Shown piece by piece: positions 55,259-64,000 of a DNA stretch of 64,000 bases. The DNA is taken from the sequence record NC_028780.1; one strand, 5' to 3'. The notes below the pieces were generated by a model, which was not told where the DNA came from, did not search any database, and was given only the letters and a program-made list of their open reading frames with translations. Origin of the DNA: Escherichia phage slur07. Each line of letters begins with the position of its first letter. Position 1 is the first letter of the stretch. The position numbers and the translations under genes are program-made.

Positions 55259-55283
55259 AGCTTTATGATTACCGGAGTATAAT
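55259..55283 (+). promoter_or_regulatory. putative MotA-dependent middle promoter for gene 39
   Basis: aGCTTTA 55259-55265, 12 nt, TATAAT 55278-55283. Confidence 0.55.
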
Positions 55284-55310
55284 ATTCCCGAAACCAAACG
55301 AGGATAAGTG

Positions 55311-57128
55311 ATGATTAAGAATGAAATTAAAATTCTGAGCGATATTGAACACATCAAAAAGCGTAGTGGCATGTACATTGGTTCTTCAGCTAATGAAATG
55401 CATGAGCGCTTTCTGTTTGGTAAATGGGAAAGTGTTCAGTATGTACCTGGTCTTGTTAAGCTTATTGATGAAATTATCGATAACTCAGTAGATGAAGGTA
55501 TTCGTACTAAGTTTAAATTCGCAAATAAAATTAATGTTACTATTAAAAATAATCAGGTAACAGTTGAAGATAACGGTCGTGGTATTCCACAGGCTATGGT
55601 TAAAACACCTACTGGTGAAGAAATTCCTGGTCCTGTTGCTGCATGGACTATTCCAAAAGCAGGTGGTAACTTTGGTGATGATAAAGAACGCGTCACTGGC
55701 GGTATGAATGGTGTTGGTTCTAGTTTGACAAACATTTTTTCTGTGATGTTTGTCGGTGAAACTGGTGATGGTCAAAATAATATTGTAGTTCGTTGTTCAA
55801 ACGGCATGGAAAATAAATCATGGGAAGATATTCCTGGAAAATGGAAAGGAACTCGTGTTACTTTCATTCCTGATTTTATGTCATTTGAAACTAATGAGCT
55901 GTCCCAAGTTTATCTTGACATTACACTAGATCGTCTCCAGACACTTGCAGTAGTTTATCCTGATATTCAATTTACCTTTAATGGTAAAAAGGTTCAGGGC
56001 AATTTTAAGAAATATGCACGACAGTATGATGAACATGCTATTGTTCAAGAACAAGAAAATTGTTCTATTGCGGTTGGTCGTTCACCGGATGGTTTTCGTC
56101 AATTAACATACGTCAATAACATTCATACTAAGAATGGTGGCCATCACATTGACTGTGTTATGGATGATATTTGTGAAGACCTTATTCCACAAATCAAACG
56201 TAAGTTCAAAATTGATGTAACTAAAGCACGCGTTAAAGAATGTTTGACTATCGTTATGTTTGTTCGTGATATGAAAAACATGCGATTTGATTCTCAAACT
56301 AAAGAGCGTTTGACTTCTCCATTTGGTGAAATCCGTAGTCATATTCAGCTTGATGCTAAAAAGATTTCACGTGCTATTCTAAATAATGAAGCAATTCTAA
56401 TGCCGATTATTGAAGCTGCCTTGGCTCGTAAATTGGCAGCAGAAAAAGCAGCTGAAACTAAAGCAGCTAAAAAGGCCTCTAAGGCAAAGGTTCATAAACA
56501 TATTAAAGCGAATCTTTGCGGTAAAGATGCTGACACTACTCTTTTCTTGACTGAGGGTGATTCTGCTATCGGATATCTTATTGATGTTCGTGATAAAGAA
56601 CTTCACGGTGGTTATCCATTGCGTGGTAAAGTTCTTAATAGCTGGGGTATGTCATATGCCGATATGCTTAAAAACAAAGAACTATTTGATATTTGCGCAA
56701 TCACTGGTCTAGTTCTTGGTGAAAAAGCTGAAAACTTGAATTATCATAATATTGCTATTATGACTGATGCTGACCATGATGGTCTAGGAAGCATTTATCC
56801 TTCTCTGCTCGGGTTTTTTAGTAATTGGCCAGAATTGTTTGAGCAAGGAAGAATTCGCTTTGTCAAAACTCCTGTAATCATCGCTCAGGTCGGTAAAAAA
56901 CAAGAATGGTTTTATACAGTCGCTGAATATGAGAGTGCCAAAGATGCTCTACCTAAACATAGCATCCGTTATATTAAAGGACTTGGCTCTTTGGAAAAAT
57001 CTGAATATCGTGAGATGATTCAAAATCCAGTATATGATGTTGTTAAACTTCCTGAGAACTGGAAAGAGCTTTTTGAAATGCTCATGGGAGATAATGCTGA
57101 CCTTCGTAAAGAATGGATGAGCCAGTAG
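55311..57128 (+). CDS. 39: DNA topoisomerase II large subunit, unsplit (ATPase + TOPRIM in one ORF)
   Basis: 605 aa from ATG 55311; GHKL ATPase motifs plus C-terminal TOPRIM (LTEGDSA, IMTDADHDG), which in T4 lies in separate gene 60. Confidence 0.9.
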   Translation: MIKNEIKILSDIEHIKKRSGMYIGSSANEMHERFLFGKWESVQYVPGLVKLIDEIIDNSVDEGIRTKFKFANKINVTIKNNQVTVEDNGRGIPQAMVKTPTGEEIPGPVAAWTIPKAGGNFGDDKERVTGGMNGVGSSLTNIFSVMFVGETGDGQNNIVVRCSNGMENKSWEDIPGKWKGTRVTFIPDFMSFETNELSQVYLDITLDRLQTLAVVYPDIQFTFNGKKVQGNFKKYARQYDEHAIVQEQENCSIAVGRSPDGFRQLTYVNNIHTKNGGHHIDCVMDDICEDLIPQIKRKFKIDVTKARVKECLTIVMFVRDMKNMRFDSQTKERLTSPFGEIRSHIQLDAKKISRAILNNEAILMPIIEAALARKLAAEKAAETKAAKKASKAKVHKHIKANLCGKDADTTLFLTEGDSAIGYLIDVRDKELHGGYPLRGKVLNSWGMSYADMLKNKELFDICAITGLVLGEKAENLNYHNIAIMTDADHDGLGSIYPSLLGFFSNWPELFEQGRIRFVKTPVIIAQVGKKQEWFYTVAEYESAKDALPKHSIRYIKGLGSLEKSEYREMIQNPVYDVVKLPENWKELFEMLMGDNADLRKEWMSQ

Positions 57129-57157
57129 TTTACTTTACCACAAGGATGTGGTATAAT
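57128..57157 (+). promoter_or_regulatory. T4-type early promoter
   Basis: GTTTAC 57128-57133, 18 nt, TGTGGTATAAT (-10 57152-57157); near-identical to 12102-12131. Confidence 0.7.
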
Positions 57158-57182
57158 TAATTGGGCAAATGAGGATATTGAA

Positions 57183-57386
57183 ATGAAATCATATAAAGTA
57201 AATTTAGAACTTTTTGATAAAGCAGTTCATCGAGAATATAGAATCATTCAACGCTTTTTCGATATGGGAGAAGCCGAAGAATTTAAAAACCGCTTTAAAG
57301 ATATTAGAGATAAAATTCAATCCGACACTGCAACTAAAGATGAACTACTAGAAGTTGCTGAAGTTATTAAGCGTAATATGAATTAA
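57183..57386 (+). CDS. hypothetical protein (rIIA.1 position)
   Basis: 67 aa ORF between 39 and rIIA. Confidence 0.45.
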   Translation: MKSYKVNLELFDKAVHREYRIIQRFFDMGEAEEFKNRFKDIRDKIQSDTATKDELLEVAEVIKRNMN

Positions 57387-57396
57387 TGAGGAAATT

Positions 57397-59574
57397 ATGA
57401 TTATCACCACTGAAAAAGAAACAATTCTTGGTAATGGTTCTAAATCAAAAGCATTTAGCATCGCAGCAAATCCTAAAGTATTTAAAATTCTGTCATCTGA
57501 TTTGTATACAAACAAGATTCGCGCAGTAGTCCGTGAATTGATTACTAACATGATTGATGCTCATGCTCTCAATGGAAATCCTGAAAAATTTATCATTCAA
57601 GTTCCTGGACGTTTAGATCCACGATTTGTTTGCCGAGATTTTGGTCCCGGTATGAGTGATTTTGATATTCAGGGTGATGATAATTCTCCTGGTTTGTATA
57701 ATTCATACTTCAGTTCATCTAAAGCTGAATCTAACGATTTCATTGGCGGATTTGGTTTAGGTTCTAAATCTCCGTTTAGTTATACTGATACGTTTAGTAT
57801 TACTTCGTATCATAAAGGTGAAATTCGTGGTTATGTAGCTTACATGGATGGCGATGGTCCACAAATTAAACCTACATTCGTAAAAGAAATGGGTCCAAAT
57901 GATAAAACTGGTATTGAAATCGTAGTTCCAGTTGAAGAAAAAGACTTTAGAAACTTTGCTTATGAAGTTTCTTATATCATGCGACCATTCAAAGATTTGG
58001 CTATCATTAATGGTCTTGACCGCGAAATTGATTATTTTCCGGATTTTGATGATTATTACGGTGTAAATCCAGAAAGATACTGGCCAGATCGTGGTGGATT
58101 ATATGCTATCTACGGCGGTATTGTTTATCCTATCGATGGTGTTATTAGAGACCGTAACTGGCTAAGCATTCGCAATGAAGTGAATTACATTAAATTTCCA
58201 ATGGGTTCACTTGATATTGCTCCATCTCGCGAGGCTCTTTCACTAGATGATCGCACTCGTAAAAATATCATTGAACGAGTTAAAGAACTCAGTGAGAAAG
58301 CATTTAATGAAGATGTAAAACGATTTAAAGAATCTACATCTCCTCGTCACACATATCGTGAATTGATGAAGATGGGGTATTCTGCTCGAGATTATATGAT
58401 TAGTAATTCAGTCAAATTCACGACTAAAAATCTGTCATATAAAAAGATGCAGAGCATGTTTGAACCTGACAGTAAGTTATGCAATGCAGGAGTTGTGTAT
58501 GAAGTAAATCTTGACCCTCGACTGAAACGCATTAAGCAAAGCCATGAAACTTCAGCCGTTGCATCAAGTTATCGTCTGTTTGGTATTAATACAACAAAAA
58601 TTAATATCGTTATTGATAATATTAAAAATCGTGTTAATATTGTCCGTGGATTAGCGCATGCGTTAGATGATAGTGAATTTAATAACACTTTAAATATTCA
58701 TCACAATGAGCGTCTTCTGTTTATTAATCCGGAAGTAGAATCGCAGATTGATTTACTACCTGATATTATGGCAATGTTTGAAAGTGATGAAGTTAACATT
58801 CATTATTTGTCAGAAATTGAAGCTTTAGTTAAAAGCTATATTCCAAAGGTAGTTAAAAGTAAAGCTCCTCGTCCTAAAGCTGCTACAGCATTTAAGTTTG
58901 AAATTAAAGACGGGCGCTGGGAAAAAGAGGAACTATTTACACTTACGTCAGAAGCAGATGAAATTACTGGTTATGTAGCGTATATGCATCGTTCTGATAT
59001 TTTCTCTATGGATGGTACTACATCGCTTTGTCATCCATCTATGAATATTTTGATTCGTATGGCTAATCTTATTGGCATTAATGAATTTTATGTTATTCGT
59101 CCGCTTTTGCAGAAAAAGGTAAAAGAGCTCGGTCAGTGCCAATGTATTTTTGAAGCTTTGCGTGATTTATATGTAGATGCTTTTGATGATGTAGATTATG
59201 ATAAGTATGTAGGTTATTCAAGTTCAGCTCAACGATATATTGATAAAATTATCAAGCATCCTGAACTAGATTTTATGATGAAGTACTTCAGTACAGATGA
59301 AGTTTCTGAAGAATATACACGACTCGCTAATATAGTTAGTTCATTGCGCGGTGTATATTTTAATGGTGGAAAAGATACCATCGGTCATGACATCTGGACG
59401 GTAACTAATCTTTTTGATGAATTATCACGTAATGCTTCAAAAAATAGTGATAAAATGGTTGCTGAGTTTACCAAGAAATTCCGTATTGTTTCCGACTTCA
59501 TCGGTTATCGCAACTCTTTAAGTGATGATGAAGTTTCTCAAATCGCTAAAACTATGAAGGCCCTTGCGGCCTAA
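57397..59574 (+). CDS. rIIA: rIIA protein (GHKL-ATPase-like membrane-associated protein)
   Basis: 725 aa (T4 rIIA length); N-terminal GHKL-like motif [10 protein letters not shown]; position upstream of rIIB. Confidence 0.85.
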   Translation: MIITTEKETILGNGSKSKAFSIAANPKVFKILSSDLYTNKIRAVVRELITNMIDAHALNGNPEKFIIQVPGRLDPRFVCRDFGPGMSDFDIQGDDNSPGLYNSYFSSSKAESNDFIGGFGLGSKSPFSYTDTFSITSYHKGEIRGYVAYMDGDGPQIKPTFVKEMGPNDKTGIEIVVPVEEKDFRNFAYEVSYIMRPFKDLAIINGLDREIDYFPDFDDYYGVNPERYWPDRGGLYAIYGGIVYPIDGVIRDRNWLSIRNEVNYIKFPMGSLDIAPSREALSLDDRTRKNIIERVKELSEKAFNEDVKRFKESTSPRHTYRELMKMGYSARDYMISNSVKFTTKNLSYKKMQSMFEPDSKLCNAGVVYEVNLDPRLKRIKQSHETSAVASSYRLFGINTTKINIVIDNIKNRVNIVRGLAHALDDSEFNNTLNIHHNERLLFINPEVESQIDLLPDIMAMFESDEVNIHYLSEIEALVKSYIPKVVKSKAPRPKAATAFKFEIKDGRWEKEELFTLTSEADEITGYVAYMHRSDIFSMDGTTSLCHPSMNILIRMANLIGINEFYVIRPLLQKKVKELGQCQCIFEALRDLYVDAFDDVDYDKYVGYSSSAQRYIDKIIKHPELDFMMKYFSTDEVSEEYTRLANIVSSLRGVYFNGGKDTIGHDIWTVTNLFDELSRNASKNSDKMVAEFTKKFRIVSDFIGYRNSLSDDEVSQIAKTMKALAA

Positions 59575-59585
59575 TAAGGAAAATT

Positions 59586-60524
59586 ATGTACAATATTAAA
59601 TGCCTGACCAAAAACGAACAAGCTGAAATTGTTAAACTGTATTCAAGTGGTAATTACACCCAACAGGAATTGGCTGATTGGCAAGGTGTATCGGTTGACA
59701 CAATCCGTCGTGTTTTGAAAAATGCTGAAGAAGCTAAACGCTCTAAAGTTACTATTAGCGGTGATATTACAATTAAAGTTAATAGCGATGCAGTTATTGC
59801 TCCAGTTGCTAAATCTGACATTATTTGGAATGCATCTAAAAAATTCATTTCAATTACTGTCGACGGTGTAACTTATAACGCAACTCCTAATACTCATTCA
59901 AACTTCCAGGAAATTCTTAATCTGCTCGTAGCAGATAAGTTAGAAGAAGCAGCACAAAAAATTAATGTTCGTCGCGCTGTTGAAAAATATATTTCCGGCG
60001 ATGTTCGAATTGAAGGTGGAAGCTTGTTCTATCAAAATATCGAATTGCGGTCTGGTTTGGTTGATCGTATTCTTGACTCGATGGAAAAAGGCGAAAACTT
60101 TGAATTTTATTTTCCGTTCTTGGAAAATCTGTTGGAAAACCCAAGCCAAAAAGCTGTATCTCGACTCTTTGATTTCTTGGTAGCAAACGATATTGAAATT
60201 ACAGAAGATGGTTACTTCTATGCTTGGAAAGTAGTTCGTGACAACTACTTTGACTGTCACTCAAACACCTTTGATAACAGTCCTGGTAAAGTAGTTAAAA
60301 TGCCGCGTACTCGTGTGAATGACGATGATACACAAACTTGTTCTCGTGGTCTGCATGTGTGTTCTAAATCTTATATTCGTCACTTTGGCAGTTCAACCAG
60401 CCGAGTTGTAAAAGTTAAAGTACATCCACGTGATGTAGTATCAATTCCGATTGATTACAACGATGCTAAAATGCGTACCTGCCAATACGAAGTAGTTGAA
60501 GACGTTACTGAACAATTTAAATAA
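59586..60524 (+). CDS. rIIB: rIIB protein
   Basis: 312 aa (T4 rIIB length); N-terminal HTH-like segment (QQELADWQGVSVDTIRRVLK). Confidence 0.8.
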   Translation: MYNIKCLTKNEQAEIVKLYSSGNYTQQELADWQGVSVDTIRRVLKNAEEAKRSKVTISGDITIKVNSDAVIAPVAKSDIIWNASKKFISITVDGVTYNATPNTHSNFQEILNLLVADKLEEAAQKINVRRAVEKYISGDVRIEGGSLFYQNIELRSGLVDRILDSMEKGENFEFYFPFLENLLENPSQKAVSRLFDFLVANDIEITEDGYFYAWKVVRDNYFDCHSNTFDNSPGKVVKMPRTRVNDDDTQTCSRGLHVCSKSYIRHFGSSTSRVVKVKVHPRDVVSIPIDYNDAKMRTCQYEVVEDVTEQFK

Positions 60525-60525
60525 G

Positions 60526-60540
60526 GGCTTCGGCCCTTAT
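60526..60540 (+). terminator. rho-independent terminator
   Basis: GGGCTTCGGCCC hairpin followed by TTAT. Confidence 0.55.
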
Positions 60541-60556
60541 CATATTAAGGAAAATT

Positions 60557-60751
60557 ATGTTAGGTTATCAAGCACGAGTAAAAGAAGAATACGATCAATT
60601 AATGCTCAAAATTAATGCACTGAGCAAATTTTTAGAAAGCACAAAGTTTCTAACGGTTAGTGCAGTTGAGCAAGAACTGCTGCTTTCACAGTTCATCTCA
60701 ATGAAATCTTATGCTGAGTGTCTAGAGAAAAGAATCGCACAATTCAAATAA
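60557..60751 (+). CDS. hypothetical protein
   Basis: 64 aa ORF flanked by two terminator hairpins. Confidence 0.4.
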   Translation: MLGYQARVKEEYDQLMLKINALSKFLESTKFLTVSAVEQELLLSQFISMKSYAECLEKRIAQFK

Positions 60752-60756
60752 AATAA

Positions 60757-60777
60757 GGGCTTCGGCCCTTTTGTTTT
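60757..60777 (+). terminator. rho-independent terminator
   Basis: GGGCTTCGGCCC hairpin followed by TTTTGTTTT. Confidence 0.75.
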
Positions 60778-60814
60778 AAGAGAAATTATGATTCCGACAT
60801 AAAGGAAAGTTTAA

Positions 60815-61372
60815 ATGCAGAAAACGAATCCGGGTTTACAGAGACTATTTCAGATTCCGACATTTACCCTATCGAACAGTGACTTGACTAGTGAAATGAA
60901 GGTCAAAATTGCTGATACAGCAAGATACTCTTTAAAACAAAACCCGAACCAGGATAAAGCAGAAGTTATCGAAAGATGCCGTATCGCTGTGTACGCAGAG
61001 TTTTTTGTGGCAGATTGGCTAAGCGGATATGTCAATAAAGGCCAAGAAGATGTCGATGATCCGTACACATATGCATGGGATGTTTTAGCACATCCAAAAT
61101 ACTGTGGGCTCCGTGTAGAAGTTAAGACACATCAAACTGACTCGCGTTGGATTTCGGTAACAACGGGATGCAGCGGAGAGTATCCATATGGTTCTGGAAT
61201 AAATCTAGGGCCCATTCTAAATCATCAAGTCGCGGACTGTATAATTATATTCAACACTAAAGAAATTCATCCAGGTGTCATCCAGTACACTCCGAAGTTC
61301 ATCGGTGACAGAGAAGACCTTCGTAAGGTTGTAAGAAAAAGCAACTACAACGGATGGTATCTTTCTATTTAA
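60815..61372 (+). CDS. denB: DenB-like endonuclease (endonuclease IV position)
   Basis: 185 aa (T4 DenB length) directly after rIIB. Confidence 0.5.
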   Translation: MQKTNPGLQRLFQIPTFTLSNSDLTSEMKVKIADTARYSLKQNPNQDKAEVIERCRIAVYAEFFVADWLSGYVNKGQEDVDDPYTYAWDVLAHPKYCGLRVEVKTHQTDSRWISVTTGCSGEYPYGSGINLGPILNHQVADCIIIFNTKEIHPGVIQYTPKFIGDREDLRKVVRKSNYNGWYLSI

Positions 61373-61389
61373 AAAAATTTCATAAAACA

Positions 61390-61449
61390 GTTTACATACC
61401 ACAAGGACCGTGGTACTATACAACTATCAGCTACGGAGGAGTAAAAATG
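61390..61449 (+). repeat. PeSL-like early promoter/leader cassette (copy 6)
   Basis: GTTTAC 61390-61395, TACTAT 61414-61419, leader ..ctatacaactatcagctacggaggagtaaaaATG (ATG 61447). Confidence 0.75.
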
Positions 61450-61710
61450 AAATTTAAATTTTATTACGCTAAACATAAAATTACCGGTGAATTTATTGCA
61501 TTTACGACTTCAACTACAGGTGAAGGAGATATTTTTACTGCAGTATTTTTATCAAAATGGGAATCAGATCAACCTTACTTATCATCACGTGAAGATCTCC
61601 AACGATTAGTTAATGGAGAATATAATGATTCATGGTCATATTTAGTCCATGATTGTGTTAAAAAGGCAATAAAACAAAAACACCTGGAAATCGTTGAGAT
61701 TGAACTATGA
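61447..61710 (+). CDS. hypothetical protein
   Basis: 87 aa from ATG 61447; track start 61354 translates the promoter. Confidence 0.45.
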   Translation: MKFKFYYAKHKITGEFIAFTTSTTGEGDIFTAVFLSKWESDQPYLSSREDLQRLVNGEYNDSWSYLVHDCVKKAIKQKHLEIVEIEL

Positions 61711-61895
61711 GTTCATTATGGTGGTGTTTTGTTTGGTTAATTAGTATTCCAGTAATTTGTTTAACATTTACTTTTGTGATGAGGTTATTATGAAAATTTT
61801 GAATTCTGTACTTATTGCGTGTGCATGGTTGGTTGCACAAGTTTCGGCAGTAGTGATTGGTATTCACATTTATTACGAATATTTTTAAAAAAGTT

Positions 61896-61956
61896 GTTTA
61901 CAAGACTGTTCTTCCGTGGTACTATTACCCTATCAACTACGGAGGAACAGAAAATG
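61896..61956 (+). repeat. PeSL-like early promoter/leader cassette (copy 7)
   Basis: GTTTAC 61896-61901, TACTAT 61920-61925; CTGTTCTTCC 61906-61915 pairs (9/10) with GGAGGAACAG 61941-61950 sequestering the SD; ATG 61954. Confidence 0.75.
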
Positions 61957-62067
61957 AAAAAGATTGTTAAAGCTATATGGAATGTAGTTATAATACTAAT
62001 AGTTTTGAGTATATTCCCAATCGTTTTAATGATTGATGTATTAAACGTTTACTTTGGATTTATGTGA
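61954..62067 (+). CDS. small membrane peptide
   Basis: 37 aa hydrophobic ORF (MKKIVKAIWNVVIILIVLSIFPIVLMI...) from cassette ATG. Confidence 0.4.
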   Translation: MKKIVKAIWNVVIILIVLSIFPIVLMIDVLNVYFGFM

Positions 62068-62074
62068 GGAAAAT

Positions 62075-62272
62075 ATGAAGCGTAAACGCAGTGCTTTTAC
62101 ATTTATTGAATGGTTTTTCGATAATATTTTTCCGGCTTTATTCATTTTCATGCTGATTTTTGCCTTGGGTTCAGTTGTAGTTGGAATCTATTTGATGACA
62201 GTAGTCGGAATTGATATTCATCAAAATGGTTTAAAATCTGTTGTTGAAACAATTTGGAATGGTGTAAAATGA
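62075..62272 (+). CDS. small membrane protein
   Basis: 65 aa from ATG 62075 (TGAGGAAAATATG); hydrophobic helices. Confidence 0.4.
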   Translation: MKRKRSAFTFIEWFFDNIFPALFIFMLIFALGSVVVGIYLMTVVGIDIHQNGLKSVVETIWNGVK

Positions 62273-62387
62273 TGAATTTGCTGAGCGGTTGGTTTTATAT
62301 TCTTATGTTTTACATTGGTGCAAATTTCCCATATTGGATGGGATGGTCAACAACTGCATTTGGATTTTATACTCCTTGAGGTGAATT

Positions 62388-62603
62388 ATGAAAAGCTTTA
62401 AAGATGTAAAAGTTAGTGAAATTTTTTGTTTAGATAATGGTGATCAGTTAATTCGTATTTCACCTCTTAAGAGCACTAGCGAGAAAATGACAGTTAATGC
62501 TACTTTAGCAAACAATAGTAATGAACGTTTCTGTATTGAAAATGATACTGAAACTTATACCGTAGAAGAGTTTTGGGAGTTGAGCGTCGACTGCGACGAT
62601 TAA
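62388..62603 (+). CDS. hypothetical protein
   Basis: 71 aa ORF. Confidence 0.4.
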   Translation: MKSFKDVKVSEIFCLDNGDQLIRISPLKSTSEKMTVNATLANNSNERFCIENDTETYTVEEFWELSVDCDD

Positions 62604-62662
62604 TTTAATGGCTGTGTGTATTCATGCGGCCTTGGAGTAGAAAATAATTAGAGGAAATTAAT

Positions 62663-63121
62663 ATGAAATATATGACTGTTACTGATCTGAACAACGCAGG
62701 CGCTACTGTTATTGGTACAATCAAGGGTGGTGAATGGTTTTTGGGAACTCCGCATAAAGATATTTTATCTAAACCTGGATTTTACTTTTTAGTGTGTAAA
62801 TTAGATGGTCGTCCATTTAGTAATCCGTGCGTGTCTGCGCGATTTTATGTAGGTAATCAGCGTTCTAAGCAAGGATTCAGTGCGGTTCTAAGTCATATTC
62901 GTCAGCGTCGGTCTCAGCTTGCGCGTACTATTGCAAATAACAATGTTCCATACACAGTATTTTATCTGCCTGCTTCTAAGATGAAACCTCTGACGACGGG
63001 ATTTGGTAAAGGTCAGTTAGCTTTGGCGTTTACTCGTAATCATCATTCTGAGTATCAAACACTTGAAGAAATGAACCGTATGTTGGCTGATAACTTTAAA
63101 TTTGTTTTGCAGGCATATTAA
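62663..63121 (+). CDS. ndd: nucleoid disruption protein Ndd
   Basis: 152 aa; sequence recognised as T4 Ndd-like ([33 protein letters not shown]...). Confidence 0.75.
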
Positions 63122-63201
63122 TGAGTAATTTCCATAACGAACATGTGATGCAGTTCTATCGTAACAATCTTAAAACTAAAGGCGTCTTCGGACGCCAGTG
63201 A
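63121..63201 (+). CDS. stp: Stp peptide (activator of host anticodon nuclease PrrC)
   Basis: 26 aa [29 protein letters not shown], recognised as the T4 Stp peptide; TAATG-coupled to ndd; not in track. Confidence 0.65.
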
Positions 63202-63208
63202 GGAAAAT

Positions 63209-63364
63209 ATGAAACTTGTTCACGGTATAGCCTTTTTCTGTTGGTTCTTTTTATGCATCGGAACAGTAATAACTGGAGAAACTTCAGTATTTTTGCAAGC
63301 ATCAGCTCAGGGCGTATTAGCGATTTTATCATTATTCGCGTACATTGGTTCTAAAAATAGTTGA
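63209..63364 (+). CDS. ac: small membrane protein (ac-like, acridine sensitivity position)
   Basis: 51 aa hydrophobic ORF (T4 Ac length) after stp; not in track. Confidence 0.5.
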   Translation: MKLVHGIAFFCWFFLCIGTVITGETSVFLQASAQGVLAILSLFAYIGSKNS

Positions 63365-63374
63365 GGAGAATATT

Positions 63375-63533
63375 ATGAATATTGCAAAATTATTAGGAGT
63401 TATTTCATTTATTTGTTGGATAGTAGCATGTGTTTTAACTATCTGTATTGATGCCAGCAGTGTGTTTTCGCAAGCTTTAGCTCAGGGTATGTGTGCATAT
63501 TTAACATTTGTATTGTTATCTACTAATGATTAA
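63375..63533 (+). CDS. small membrane protein, paralog of ac-like ORF
   Basis: 52 aa from ATG 63375; shares ..SVF.QA.AQG.. core with 63209..63364. Confidence 0.4.
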   Translation: MNIAKLLGVISFICWIVACVLTICIDASSVFSQALAQGMCAYLTFVLLSTND

Positions 63534-63666
63534 GAAAATCTTGGGCTATTCATTAGCCCTTGCTATTTTATTGATAGCGTTATATTACGGAATAATGTTC
63601 GGATTAATTCAAGTCGTGCTTTTCATTTCTGATGTTATTATGGCACTACATTCACTAGTATGGTAA
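63526..63666 (+). CDS. small membrane protein
   Basis: 46 aa hydrophobic ORF not in track. Confidence 0.3.
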   Translation: MIKKILGYSLALAILLIALYYGIMFGLIQVVLFISDVIMALHSLVW

Positions 63667-63670
63667 ATTT

Positions 63671-64000
63671 ATGCAACTGAATAATCGCGATTTAAAAAGT
63701 ATCATTGATAATGAAGCATTGGCTTATGCTATGTACACGGTTGAAAATCGTGCTATCCCAAATATGATTGATGGATTTAAGCCAGTTCAACGATTTGTTA
63801 TTGCTCGAGCTCTTGATTTGGCACGAGGAAATAAAGATAAGTTTCACAAACTCGCTTCTATTGCAGGTGGTGTAGCGGACCTTGGATATCATCATGGCGA
63901 AAACTCTGCACAAGACGCAGGCGCTTTGATGGCTAATACTTGGAATAATAACTTTCCTTTGTTAGATGGTCAAGGAAACTTCGGTTCTCGTACTGTCCAA
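63671..64000 (+). CDS. 52: DNA topoisomerase II medium subunit gp52 (GyrA-like), 5' part only
   Basis: N-terminal 110 codons; GyrA-like motifs (AYAMYTVENRAIPNMIDGFKPVQR, GQGNFGS); runs off window end. Confidence 0.85.
   Translation, partial: MQLNNRDLKSIIDNEALAYAMYTVENRAIPNMIDGFKPVQRFVIARALDLARGNKDKFHKLASIAGGVADLGYHHGENSAQDAGALMANTWNNNFPLLDGQGNFGSRTVQ

Noticed and set aside
4121-61956. Repeated cassettes as a CRISPR array or tRNA-like elements
   Set aside because: The copies are tens of kb apart, not regularly spaced, and each contains promoter elements and a start codon. No tRNA cloverleaf candidates were evident in the intergenic regions.

Overview
This window reads as a contiguous ~64 kb stretch of the early/middle gene region of a T4-like (T-even, Tevenvirinae) bacteriophage. 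All calls rest on reading the supplied translations against remembered T4 protein features and motifs; no database search was run. Nearly every gene is on the + strand, in the order: vs/tk-region small ORFs, tk, rI, a ~10.7 kb accessory ('hyperplastic') block, nrdC, 49, nrdD, nrdG, nrdH, 55, agt, 47, 46, rpbA, 45, 44, 62, regA, 43, imm, 42, a second glycosyltransferase, uvsX, 40, 41, dmd, sp-like, 61, 56, soc, modB, modA, srd, dda, dexA, 39, rIIA, rIIB, denB, ndd, stp, ac and the 5' part of 52. Only two genes are antisense: an HNH homing-endonuclease-like gene between 46 and rpbA, and a small membrane ORF between 61 and 56. Several features differ from what I recall of T4 itself: gene 39 is unsplit (no gene 60/mobA cassette), nrdD has no intron, the beta-gt locus holds a DxD-motif glycosyltransferase, and dam is absent. 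Intergenic regions carry T4-type early promoters (GTTTAC, 18 nt, TGnTATAAT-like), MotA-box middle promoters and UUCG-tetraloop terminators. At least seven early promoters belong to a repeated mosaic promoter-leader cassette family resembling the promoter-early-stem-loop (PeSL) mobile regulatory cassettes of T4-type phages. No single clearly novel system stands out; the strongest candidates for follow-up are a TARG1-like macro-domain protein beside tk, a frameshifted nucleotidyltransferase next to a P-loop ATPase, and a tandem array of five proteins sharing a C-terminal amphipathic tail. No tRNA, rRNA or CRISPR array was seen.
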